A stretch of DNA of 27,123 nucleotides from Myxococcota bacterium (GTDB taxonomy: Bacteria > Myxococcota > UBA4151), in contig JAYZBQ010000002.1 of assembly GCA_036338695.1 (NCBI GenBank), forward strand, positions 1-27,123. The letters run 5' to 3'. Below the pieces are notes generated by a model, which saw only the letters and a list, made by a program, of their open reading frames with translations, searched no databases and had not been told where the DNA came from. The position numbers and the translations under genes were made by a program. Below, in pieces: positions 1 through 8,402 of this stretch. Position 1 is the first letter of the stretch. Each line of letters begins with the position of its first letter.

Positions 1-1776
1 CGGTTTACGCCGCCACCGCCACCTGCGGTGCCGGCAGCGGATGCCGAATCCGATCACGTCTGGGGCTTCGCAGACACCCGATTTACCGTGGCGCCCAACG
101 GGAACGTCCTGCTCGAAGGCGATCGCTATGACCTCAGCGGCTCCGAGTTGCCCAACTTGCTGCCGTGGATTCGCGACGTCATGCAGCTGCCGATCCCGGT
201 CGAGGAGCAGCACCCTTACGACTACCCCCCCAAGGTGCCGGCGGCGAAGCGGAACGCTCGATTTCTGACGGCGGTTAAGGGGCTGCTCGCCGAGGATGCC
301 TGGACACAGGAGCCGGTCGCACGTCTCCGGCACGGTCATGGACACACGCAAGAAGAGATGTACCAGATCAAGTATGGTCAGCTCAAAAGGGTGCCTGACG
401 TCGTGGTGTACCCGAGCGAAGAGGCTCAGATCGTGGGGCTGGTCGCTGCCGCTGTGAAACACAACGTCTGCCTGATCCCGTATGGGGGCGGCACGAGCGT
501 CACCGAGGCGCTGCGCTGCCCTGAAAACGAGAAGCGTATGATCTGCTCGGTCGATATGCGCCGGCTGAACCGGATCCTATGGATCGACCCGACCAATCGA
601 ATGGCTTGCGTCCAAGCGGGAGCGGTGGGTCGCAACCTGATGGCGCAGCTCGCCGAGTATGGGCTGACGATGGGGCACGAGCCCGACAGCGTTGAGTTCT
701 CCACGCTCGGGGGCTGGATCGCCACCCATGCTAGCGGCATGAAGAAGAACAAGTACGGCAACATTGAGGATTTGGTGCTCGATGTGAACGTCGTGACGCC
801 GACGGGGCGGCTCGAGCGCAAGGGGCTTGCGCCGCGCGAGTCGATCGGTTTTGACGCCAAGCGCACCGTCCTCGGCAGTGAGGGGCGCCTTGGGATCATC
901 ACGCAAGCGGTGGTCAAGCTCTTCCCGCTGCCCGAAGCCCAGCACTACGGATCGATCCTCTTTCCAGATTTTGAGACCGGGGTCGCCTTCTTGCACGAGA
1001 TGACGCACAGCGGCTCGCTCCCGGCGAGCGTCCGCTTAGTCGACAACACGCAGTTCAAGTTCTCTCAGGCGCTCAAGCCGGCGAGCAAAGGGCTCAAGGT
1101 GATTAAGAGTCAGGTTGAGAAAGCTTTTGTCACCAAGGTGAAGGGCTTTGACCCGGATCAGATGGTGGCTTGCACGCTCGTCTTTGAAGGAACGCTTGAG
1201 GAGGTCGAGGCGCAGGAGGAGCGGGTCTACGCCATCGCCCAAAAGTACAAAGGGATGGCGGCAGGCAGCGCGAACGGCGCGCGGGGGTATCAGTTGACCT
1301 TCGGCATCGCCTACATCCGAGACTTCGTGATGAACCACTTTGTCCTGGCGGAGTCGTTTGAGACCTCGGTTCCGTGGAGCGGGGCGCTGGCGCTCTGCGA
1401 GCGGGTTAAGCAGCGGCTCTACGATGAGCACGCCAAGCGAGCTCTTCCGGGGCGTCCCTTTGTGACCTGCCGGGTCACCCAGCTCTACGACACGGGCGTC
1501 GCGATCTACTTCTACTTCGCGTACCATCACAAAGGGGTCGAGAACCCGACGCACGTCTACGCCGAGATGGAGGCGGCGGCGCGCGACGAGGTCCTGCGCT
1601 GCGGTGGGTCGCTCTCGCATCACCACGGCGTCGGTAAGATCCGCAGCGGTTTTCTGCCGCGTATCATGTCTCAGGAGGCGATGGACTGGAACCGGCGAAC
1701 CAAAGAGGCGCTCGACCCGGACAACATCTTCGCCTGCGGTAATCAGGTGGACGCGCTTGAGTCTGGAGACAGCTGA
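1..1776 (+). CDS. agps: Alkyldihydroxyacetonephosphate synthase (AGPS/ADPS)-like FAD-linked enzyme, probably 5'-truncated by the window edge
   Basis: Frame is open from base 1 (RFTPPPPPAV...) to TGA 1774-1776. Motifs closely match eukaryotic AGPS: HGHGHT, PDVVVYP, PYGGGTSV, GHEPDSVEFSTLGGWIATHASGMKKNKYGNIEDLV, GSEGRLGIIT, RLVDNTQF, ESFETS, CRVTQLYDTG..IYFYFA and C-terminal SLSHHHGVGK (HHH at 1618-1626). Confidence 0.9.
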   Translation, partial: RFTPPPPPAVPAADAESDHVWGFADTRFTVAPNGNVLLEGDRYDLSGSELPNLLPWIRDVMQLPIPVEEQHPYDYPPKVPAAKRNARFLTAVKGLLAEDAWTQEPVARLRHGHGHTQEEMYQIKYGQLKRVPDVVVYPSEEAQIVGLVAAAVKHNVCLIPYGGGTSVTEALRCPENEKRMICSVDMRRLNRILWIDPTNRMACVQAGAVGRNLMAQLAEYGLTMGHEPDSVEFSTLGGWIATHASGMKKNKYGNIEDLVLDVNVVTPTGRLERKGLAPRESIGFDAKRTVLGSEGRLGIITQAVVKLFPLPEAQHYGSILFPDFETGVAFLHEMTHSGSLPASVRLVDNTQFKFSQALKPASKGLKVIKSQVEKAFVTKVKGFDPDQMVACTLVFEGTLEEVEAQEERVYAIAQKYKGMAAGSANGARGYQLTFGIAYIRDFVMNHFVLAESFETSVPWSGALALCERVKQRLYDEHAKRALPGRPFVTCRVTQLYDTGVAIYFYFAYHHKGVENPTHVYAEMEAAARDEVLRCGGSLSHHHGVGKIRSGFLPRIMSQEAMDWNRRTKEALDPDNIFACGNQVDALESGDS

Positions 1777-4442
1777 TGAGCGGTCAGCATGTGCTGCTCA
1801 CCGGGGGAACGGGCTTCGTCGGTAAGGTCGTGCTGTACGAGCTGATCCGGCGGCGGCAAGAGCTGAATATTGAGCGGATCACGTTGATCGTTCGAGAGGG
1901 GGGGCGTGGGAGCGCCTCGGCTCGCTTGCGCCGGCTCAAGCGCTCACGCGCCTTTGCGGGCTTGCCGAGCGGCTGGGCGAGCGGCGTTGAGACGGTAGGA
2001 GGCGACCTCGTCGAGCCGCGATGTGGCTTGGCGGATGATGCCTGGGAGCGGCTGACGGGTGCGGTGACCCAGATCATACACTGCGCCGCCTCGATCGAGT
2101 TTGATCTGCCGATAGTCGAGGCTGCCCAAGCCAACATCGGCGCCAGCCTGAATGTGTTGGAGCTGGCTCAAGCGTGCGCCCACCTGCGACGCATGGTGGC
2201 GGTCTCGACAGCCTATGTGTCACCGCATCCGGGCGGCGAGGGGCGCTGCGTCGAGGAGTTGGTGGCGCTGCCGCGGTCGGCGGAGTCACTCTACGCGGCA
2301 CTGCAAGGGGGCGCTGATCAAGCCGAGCTGCTCTCCGAGACCGGGCACCCCAACACGTACACGTACACCAAGTGCTTATCGGAGCACCTCATCAGCGAGC
2401 GGCGCGGTTCGGTGCCGCTCACGATCGTTCGTCCTTCCATCGTCTCGGCGAGCTGGGTCTATCCGACGCCAGGCTGGATCGACAGCCACGCCGCCTTCGC
2501 CGGCTTCGTGGGCTTGATCGGCGCAGGTCACCTCAAGGCGATCGTGGGGGATCGTCAAGCGGCGCTCGACGTGGTGCCTTGCGATGTGGTCGCCGCTGAA
2601 GTCGTCGCCGCGGCGTTCGCGCCTGCCGCTCGAAGTAAGCAGCCGTCGATCCGTTACGCCGTGGCAGGTCCCGAACGGACCTTAGGGGTCGGCTTCGCAG
2701 CGGATGTGATCGCCGCTTGGTTCGCCCGACATCCGCTAGGGCGGCCGCCGAAGATAGCCTACCTTGGGCCCGAGAATAGGCGGTTTCGTGTCGCCGATTG
2801 GCAGCGGCACAAGGCGCCTGCGCAGTTGGTTCAGATGGGGCTGCGTATGATGGGCAAAAAGCGACAGATTCGGCGGGTGACAGGGTTGCTGGAGAAGCTC
2901 GATTACCTCAACGAAGCGTTTCCATACTTTACGCAACACACCTACGCCTTCACCGCAGCGAAGCCTTGGCAGCGCACCGGCTACAGCGGCTCGGTCTATC
3001 TCGAGCGCGTCTGCCAGGGCGTCTACCGGTACCTGATGGGGCGTGACGAGCGGGAGATGTCCTTCGCCGGTCGCAAACATCACGACCCGACGATGGACGT
3101 CCCTTGGGCGGTGAGTAAGCCTTACGGCAACTGGGCGATCCGCAGCGCTGGGGTTGCCGTACGCGCCGGTCTGCGCCGCTGCGCCTCACGGGTCACCTTT
3201 GACCTTCCATCGTTTGAGCGGGCGCGCGCCGCCGTGCCGCCTGGCGCCTTGATGGTGGTGGTGCCGAACCACCGCAGCTACCTCGATTTTCTGCTCTGCT
3301 CGTTCCTGTTTTTCGATCGCCCAGACCTAAAGATCGGGATCCCCTACATCGCCGCCGCCTCAGAATTTGCCGAGCTCCCGGGGCTGGGCTGGCTGTTTAA
3401 GCAGACCCAAGCGTTCTATATTCGGCGCGGCGGCGGGCGGGCCGATCCGGCGCTCACGCAGCGGATCCAGTCGCTCGCCGAACGCGGCGAGACCCTTGAG
3501 TTCTTCATCGAGGGCACGCGCAGCCGCTCCCGCCGCTTTCTCGCGCCCAAGCGTGGGCTGCTGCGTGCTCTGCAGAGCACAGGCGTGACCGCCGCCGTCC
3601 TGCCCGTCTCCATCTCCTACGACCGGCTGCCCGAGGAGGGCGCCTTCCTCAAGGAGCTACGCGGCGCCGGGAAACCGAGCATGGGGATGCGCCCGCTGTT
3701 TCGGTGGCTGGCGCGTGCGACGCGCGGTGAGGTGGACCTTGGGCGGATCCACCTGCGCTGCGGCGAGCCGCAGGTTCTTTCGCCCGCAACGGATGTCCAC
3801 GTCTTTGCGCGCCAGGTTGTGGGTGAGCTGCAGCAGAACACGGTCACCACGACCTACCACCTCCAGAGCTTTTTGGCGGCTCATCCTGATCTCGGTCTCG
3901 ACCTTGAGTACCTGCGCGCTGAGTTGTTGCGGCGCGGCGCAACGATCCTTCGCAGCGACCTTCGAGACGCTCCTGTTGATCGTGAGACAGGGCGCGGGAT
4001 GCACTACCACTTTCAGCACATTTTTTATCCGGACCTGCTCCGGCGATGGCCTGATCACGCGGCGTTGCGCCACCACGTTGAGGCGCATGGCTTCGCGTCG
4101 ACGGAGTCGGCGCCTGCGCCAGCCGAGCAGCCGGATCCTCGCCTTGAGCGCTTGCTGAGCACTTTGTTCGAGCCGGTCTGTCGTGATTACCAACGGGTCG
4201 CGCAAGCGCTCGGCCCGCGCGACGGCCTCTTGCTGGCGCCAACGGTCCAGAGCCTGGTACGTGACAGCGCACAGGCTCACCTGCCCGACCTCCACGCCGC
4301 CTTCTCGGCGCTGGTTGAGCGCCAGATCATCGCGGTCGACCCGGACAGGCAGGGTGGCTACAGCTGGGGTCAGGCAGCGGATCAGCTTGAAGCGTTCGCA
4401 GCGGCGTGTGCCTGGCCCGGCGAGTCCTCGGCGGTTGCCTGA
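1776..4442 (+). CDS. Fusion of an alcohol-forming fatty acyl-CoA reductase (N-terminal) and a GNPAT/PlsB-type glycerolipid acyltransferase (C-terminal); FARAT-like
   Basis: N-half: TGGTGFVGK, HCAASIEFD, VSTAYV, HPNTYTYTK (YxxxK at 2358-2372), IVRPSIV..SW..P.PGW, DVVPCD. C-half: PNHRSYLD (HX4D, His at 3270), AFYIRR, FFIEGTRSRS (3501), LPVSISYD. ATG overlaps the upstream stop (TGATG). Confidence 0.88.
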   Translation: MSGQHVLLTGGTGFVGKVVLYELIRRRQELNIERITLIVREGGRGSASARLRRLKRSRAFAGLPSGWASGVETVGGDLVEPRCGLADDAWERLTGAVTQIIHCAASIEFDLPIVEAAQANIGASLNVLELAQACAHLRRMVAVSTAYVSPHPGGEGRCVEELVALPRSAESLYAALQGGADQAELLSETGHPNTYTYTKCLSEHLISERRGSVPLTIVRPSIVSASWVYPTPGWIDSHAAFAGFVGLIGAGHLKAIVGDRQAALDVVPCDVVAAEVVAAAFAPAARSKQPSIRYAVAGPERTLGVGFAADVIAAWFARHPLGRPPKIAYLGPENRRFRVADWQRHKAPAQLVQMGLRMMGKKRQIRRVTGLLEKLDYLNEAFPYFTQHTYAFTAAKPWQRTGYSGSVYLERVCQGVYRYLMGRDEREMSFAGRKHHDPTMDVPWAVSKPYGNWAIRSAGVAVRAGLRRCASRVTFDLPSFERARAAVPPGALMVVVPNHRSYLDFLLCSFLFFDRPDLKIGIPYIAAASEFAELPGLGWLFKQTQAFYIRRGGGRADPALTQRIQSLAERGETLEFFIEGTRSRSRRFLAPKRGLLRALQSTGVTAAVLPVSISYDRLPEEGAFLKELRGAGKPSMGMRPLFRWLARATRGEVDLGRIHLRCGEPQVLSPATDVHVFARQVVGELQQNTVTTTYHLQSFLAAHPDLGLDLEYLRAELLRRGATILRSDLRDAPVDRETGRGMHYHFQHIFYPDLLRRWPDHAALRHHVEAHGFASTESAPAPAEQPDPRLERLLSTLFEPVCRDYQRVAQALGPRDGLLLAPTVQSLVRDSAQAHLPDLHAAFSALVERQIIAVDPDRQGGYSWGQAADQLEAFAAACAWPGESSAVA

Positions 4443-5482
4443 TGGAGCGCCTCCTCATCACAGGCGCCAGCGGCTTCTTGGGCCGGCATGTGCTCACAGC
4501 GATAGGGGCTCAGAGCCCGACCGTGCGCCGGGTGGCGCTCGCCCGTAACGCCAACGCCCTGATCGCTGAGCCTTGGTTCGCAAGCTGCGGCGCGGTCGAC
4601 GTGCTCGAGGGCGACCTTGCGCAGCTCCCGAGCTTAGCCTCTCACCGCTGGCTCAAGGGCTTGCGCGGGATCATTCACTGCGCCGCCGTGGTTCATCACG
4701 GGCGCGACCATCAAGCCCACCAACACGCCGTCAACGTCGGCGGCACCGAGTCGGTGATGAGGCTCGCTGCAGAGGTAGGGGCTCGCGTCGTGTTCGTCTC
4801 GACCTCGGGCGTGAGCGGCTGTTCGATGGACCCGAACGCGGCGCCGGACGAGGAGGCGCCGACTTGTGACGCCGTGATCGCTCGCTGGCCTTACTACGTC
4901 TCGAAGCTCGCCGCCGAGCGGCGCGCTCGGCAGATGGCGCAGGAGGGAGGCGTCGAGCTCAGCGTCGTTCGTCCGCCGGTGATGCTCGGTCCCGGTGATC
5001 ATCGCTTTCGCTCAACTGGCAACCTGATCAAGATGCTCCTGGGGCGGTTGCCGTTTTTGATCAAAGGGGGGATCAGCTACGTCGATATACGCGACGTCGC
5101 CGGGGCGATGGCGCGTCTGATCGAGCTGCCGGCGATGCGCCCCGTGTACCATCTCCCGGGGACCGCCTGCAGCGTGGAGGCGTTTTTCCGCAGCGCCGGT
5201 CAGGTCTCGGGCGTGACGCCGCCGCAGGTCGTGTTGCCGTATCATGCAGCCCGCACGCTCGCAGCGTGCACCAAATGGGGGGCGCAGCGAGTAGGGCTGG
5301 ATAAGTCGCCGCTGCCGGACCCGGTCGTCGTCGAGATGGCGCGTCATCACTGGGGTTTGAGCTCTAAGTACGCAGAGGGCGAGCTCGGCTTTAAGCCTCG
5401 TGATCCCATGCAGACGCTGTCGGACACGGTGGCCTGGTTGCGGGCGCATCATCCAGCGCTTCGCTCGGAGGCGTTAGGCTGA
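4442..5482 (+). CDS. Extended SDR / NAD-dependent epimerase-dehydratase family oxidoreductase (dihydroflavonol-reductase-like)
   Basis: ITGASGFLG, HCAA, VNVGGT, VFVSTSG, YYVSK (YxxxK), RPPVMLGPGD, VDIRDVA. I prefer the ATG at 4442 over the ORF-track start at 4406 because it overlaps the upstream stop (TGATG). Confidence 0.85.
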   Translation: MERLLITGASGFLGRHVLTAIGAQSPTVRRVALARNANALIAEPWFASCGAVDVLEGDLAQLPSLASHRWLKGLRGIIHCAAVVHHGRDHQAHQHAVNVGGTESVMRLAAEVGARVVFVSTSGVSGCSMDPNAAPDEEAPTCDAVIARWPYYVSKLAAERRARQMAQEGGVELSVVRPPVMLGPGDHRFRSTGNLIKMLLGRLPFLIKGGISYVDIRDVAGAMARLIELPAMRPVYHLPGTACSVEAFFRSAGQVSGVTPPQVVLPYHAARTLAACTKWGAQRVGLDKSPLPDPVVVEMARHHWGLSSKYAEGELGFKPRDPMQTLSDTVAWLRAHHPALRSEALG

Positions 5483-5550
5483 GCGGTGCGAGGCCTGGTC
5501 CTCATGCCAACAAAACCTTAGACGGGATAGGGGATGGTCTAGGAGCGAAG

Positions 5551-8286
5551 ATGCCCAGGGTGCTCATCGTCGGCAGCGCGTTGTGGTGCGTCTTAGCAGC
5601 CTGTGCCCAGACCGTGGCGCCGATCAACCAGACCGCACAGTTGTGCATCGCCGATAGCGACTGCGACGATACGTTCTTTTGCACAGAAGGGCTCTGTCTT
5701 CGGGCGGATGCGCCACGTTGCGGCGACGGCGTCGTCGATGCGCAAGAGGGCTGTGACGACGGGAACCGAGACGACTCCGACGCCTGCGTCTCGTGTCAGC
5801 CGGCTCGCTGCGGCGATGGCTCGGTCCAGCTGGGGGTTGAAGCCTGCGACGCGGGCGATCAAGCCAACAGCGATGAGCGACCGGACGCCTGCCGGCGCGA
5901 CTGCTCGGCGGCGCGCTGCGGCGATGGCGTCATCGACTCGGGGGAAGGCTGCGATGACGGTGCAGACAACGCAAACGGCGTACCCGATCGATGCCGCGCT
6001 CAGTGCACGGTGCCGGTCTGCGGCGACGGCGTGGTCGACTCCGGGGAAGCCTGCGACGACGGCAACGAGGTGCAAACCGACGCCTGTTTAGAAGGATGTG
6101 TTGCTGCGCGCTGCGGCGACGGGATCGTCCGAGCGGACCTCGCTGCAGACGAACCTGGCTTCGAGCGGTGCGATGACGGGAACCTAGACGACGACGACGC
6201 GTGCGACCGATACTGCGGCTTTGGCATCATGGCGACGGCGAACCTGCTTGAGTCGACCTGCGCCCTGCGCCACAGCGGCAGCGTCTGGTGTTGGGGACGG
6301 GTGGCGCAAGATGGCGCCGGGATGCCCAGCCTTCGACCGGTCCAGATCGACTTGCCCGGGCGAGCGGTGGGTCTGAGCAAAATGCAACGGCGCGCGGACT
6401 TTTTAGCCCGTAATGACGAGGGGCGGGTGTACGTCTTCGACAGTCGCCGTGGCATCGAATTGCAGCTCGGCAGCCGCCGGATCGTCGACTTTTCCATCTC
6501 AAATGATGAGACCTTTGTCTGCGCCGACGACGGCGAGGTCGTCGTGATCAGTCACAATCACCTGGTCCCTGCAGCATCCTGGACTGGTACGGGCGTGCCA
6601 ACGACGGACTGTGACGTCGCCCAGATTCGTCACGAGGGGCAGGTGCTGACGACCGCCTGCGTGCGCAGCGACGATAAGCGCCTGTATTGCACCGGCGACA
6701 ACACCTGGTCGCAGCTTGGGGTTGGGGGGGCTGAGACCGTCACTGATCCGGTTTTGATGCCGGTCGAGCGTGTCGAAGACTACTGGCTGGTGGTCACCGA
6801 TAACGGGATTCAACTCTGCGTGCTCAACGGCGATCACGACCTATTGTGCAGCGGCGCCTTTGCGGGGGGACAATTCGCTGAGCTGACACCGATTCAAGGT
6901 GCGCCCAAGCTGTCTCGTCTGCGGCCAGCGACGTTGCTCGATGGCGGCGAGTGGCTAGACCAAGCGGCGATCGATGCGCAGGGCGGGTTCGCCTATCGAG
7001 CGCACCCATCGATCCGGCGCCCTCGCAGCTTTTCGAGGCATTACAACACCGAGTGCATGATCGATGATGAATTGCGGATGCGGTGCCGGGGGGACGATCG
7101 ATGGGGTGTGCTTGGGCGCGGTAAACGTTGGCGCTTCGATCCGGTGCGGGTCGAGGAGCTCGACCCCGTGACGTCCCTGGCGCTGGGTACGGGGACAGCG
7201 TGTGCTCAGACACAACCCGATGGTGATGTGGTCTGTTGGGGCGGCGAGGGGCGTGGCTCCTGCCCCAGCTATGGCGGTACGCAGTGCTACATTTACGGTG
7301 GGGATGTTCGAAACACTGCGGCGGCGCGCGGGACGCTAAGCGGCGTTCGGAACGCACACGCACCCTCTTGGGTCTCGATCGCTCGTGCCGTGGGCGCTGG
7401 ACCCTTTCACCACTGCTTGGTGCGCCTGGATGGGAGTGTGCGTTGCTGGGGAGCCAGCGTCGAGGAGCGCATGATCCCGAGCGAGGCTATGCCTGACGAG
7501 ATCAGCGTGGGCGCTGCGCATCAATGTGCGCTGGCGGGTGGGTCGGTCTTTTGCTGGGGAAGCAACAGCTATGGGCAGACGGGCCTCGGTCAAATCGAAG
7601 GTGACCAGACGCCGCGACGAGTCGACGGCTTGCCTGAGGTCATGCAAGTCAGCGTTGGGTACGACCACAGCTGTGCGCTGACGAATCAGGGGATCGTCTG
7701 GTGCTGGGGTCGAAACGACCACGGGCAGCTCGGACATGCGTTCGAGGGCGCTGGCTGGATTGCGCAAGAGGTCGAGCTGCCGTTTCGAACCGTGCAGATT
7801 GCCGCCGGCGCAAGGCATACCTGCGCTCGATCTGAGCAGGGGACGGTGCATTGTTGGGGCGGTCGCTTCAATGTGACCGGCTTACCCGAGGTCCGTGATG
7901 TGCGCGGTGAGGTGGTGCAGCCACGCAACGCAACCTTTGAGCCGCTCCCTGGGATCACCGATGCGATCGATGTCAGCTCAGGATCCGGTTATGCTTGCGC
8001 TGTCGCCGGGGAAGAGCGGCAAGTCTCTTGCTGGGCAGGTGCCAGGAACATGGTCACCGGCGCGCGCCAGTACGACGGCCCTCAGCCGCGTACGATCGCT
8101 GAGTTGCCGCCGAGCGTGCAGGTGGCGACCGGGACCTTCTTTGCCTGCGCTGTTGACGATGAGGGTGTCACCCGCTGCTGGGGCACCAACACCGAGAACC
8201 AGCTCGGTGACGACTACCACGGCGGCGACGCCCCGACCTTTGGTTTGGTCGACCGCCTCGACCTCCCGTTTAGCGAGCGCGAGTAG
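5551..8286 (+). CDS. Predicted lipoprotein with myxobacterial cysteine-rich repeats and C-terminal RCC1/BLIP-II-like beta-propeller repeats
   Basis: AGGAG RBS upstream; hydrophobic leader with LAAC lipobox (Cys18); five CGDG...CD(D/A)G units; many RCC1-like units (VWCWG, VFCWGSNSYGQTG, VSVGYDHSCAL, WCWGRNDHGQLG, IAAGARHTCA, CWGTNTENQLG). Confidence 0.85.
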   Translation: MPRVLIVGSALWCVLAACAQTVAPINQTAQLCIADSDCDDTFFCTEGLCLRADAPRCGDGVVDAQEGCDDGNRDDSDACVSCQPARCGDGSVQLGVEACDAGDQANSDERPDACRRDCSAARCGDGVIDSGEGCDDGADNANGVPDRCRAQCTVPVCGDGVVDSGEACDDGNEVQTDACLEGCVAARCGDGIVRADLAADEPGFERCDDGNLDDDDACDRYCGFGIMATANLLESTCALRHSGSVWCWGRVAQDGAGMPSLRPVQIDLPGRAVGLSKMQRRADFLARNDEGRVYVFDSRRGIELQLGSRRIVDFSISNDETFVCADDGEVVVISHNHLVPAASWTGTGVPTTDCDVAQIRHEGQVLTTACVRSDDKRLYCTGDNTWSQLGVGGAETVTDPVLMPVERVEDYWLVVTDNGIQLCVLNGDHDLLCSGAFAGGQFAELTPIQGAPKLSRLRPATLLDGGEWLDQAAIDAQGGFAYRAHPSIRRPRSFSRHYNTECMIDDELRMRCRGDDRWGVLGRGKRWRFDPVRVEELDPVTSLALGTGTACAQTQPDGDVVCWGGEGRGSCPSYGGTQCYIYGGDVRNTAAARGTLSGVRNAHAPSWVSIARAVGAGPFHHCLVRLDGSVRCWGASVEERMIPSEAMPDEISVGAAHQCALAGGSVFCWGSNSYGQTGLGQIEGDQTPRRVDGLPEVMQVSVGYDHSCALTNQGIVWCWGRNDHGQLGHAFEGAGWIAQEVELPFRTVQIAAGARHTCARSEQGTVHCWGGRFNVTGLPEVRDVRGEVVQPRNATFEPLPGITDAIDVSSGSGYACAVAGEERQVSCWAGARNMVTGARQYDGPQPRTIAELPPSVQVATGTFFACAVDDEGVTRCWGTNTENQLGDDYHGGDAPTFGLVDRLDLPFSERE
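5719..6216 (+). repeat. Five in-frame Myxococcus-type cysteine-rich repeats (CGDG-x-E-x-CDDGN)
   Basis: CGDGVVDAQEGCDDGN, CGDGSVQLGVEACDAG, CGDGVIDSGEGCDDG, CGDGVVDSGEACDDGN, CGDGIVRADLAADEPGFERCDDGN; the DNA motif tgcggcga(c/t)gg recurs. Confidence 0.85.
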
Positions 8287-8402
8287 TCCGGCCGGGTCAG
8301 GTTAATCCTTCGAGCAGTTGGGGGGTGCCAGCCTCGGCGGTTGGGTTCACTCTTGCGCTCACTGCTCGTGCGTGCGAGCACGCCCGCACGTAAGGGGCTG
8401 CC

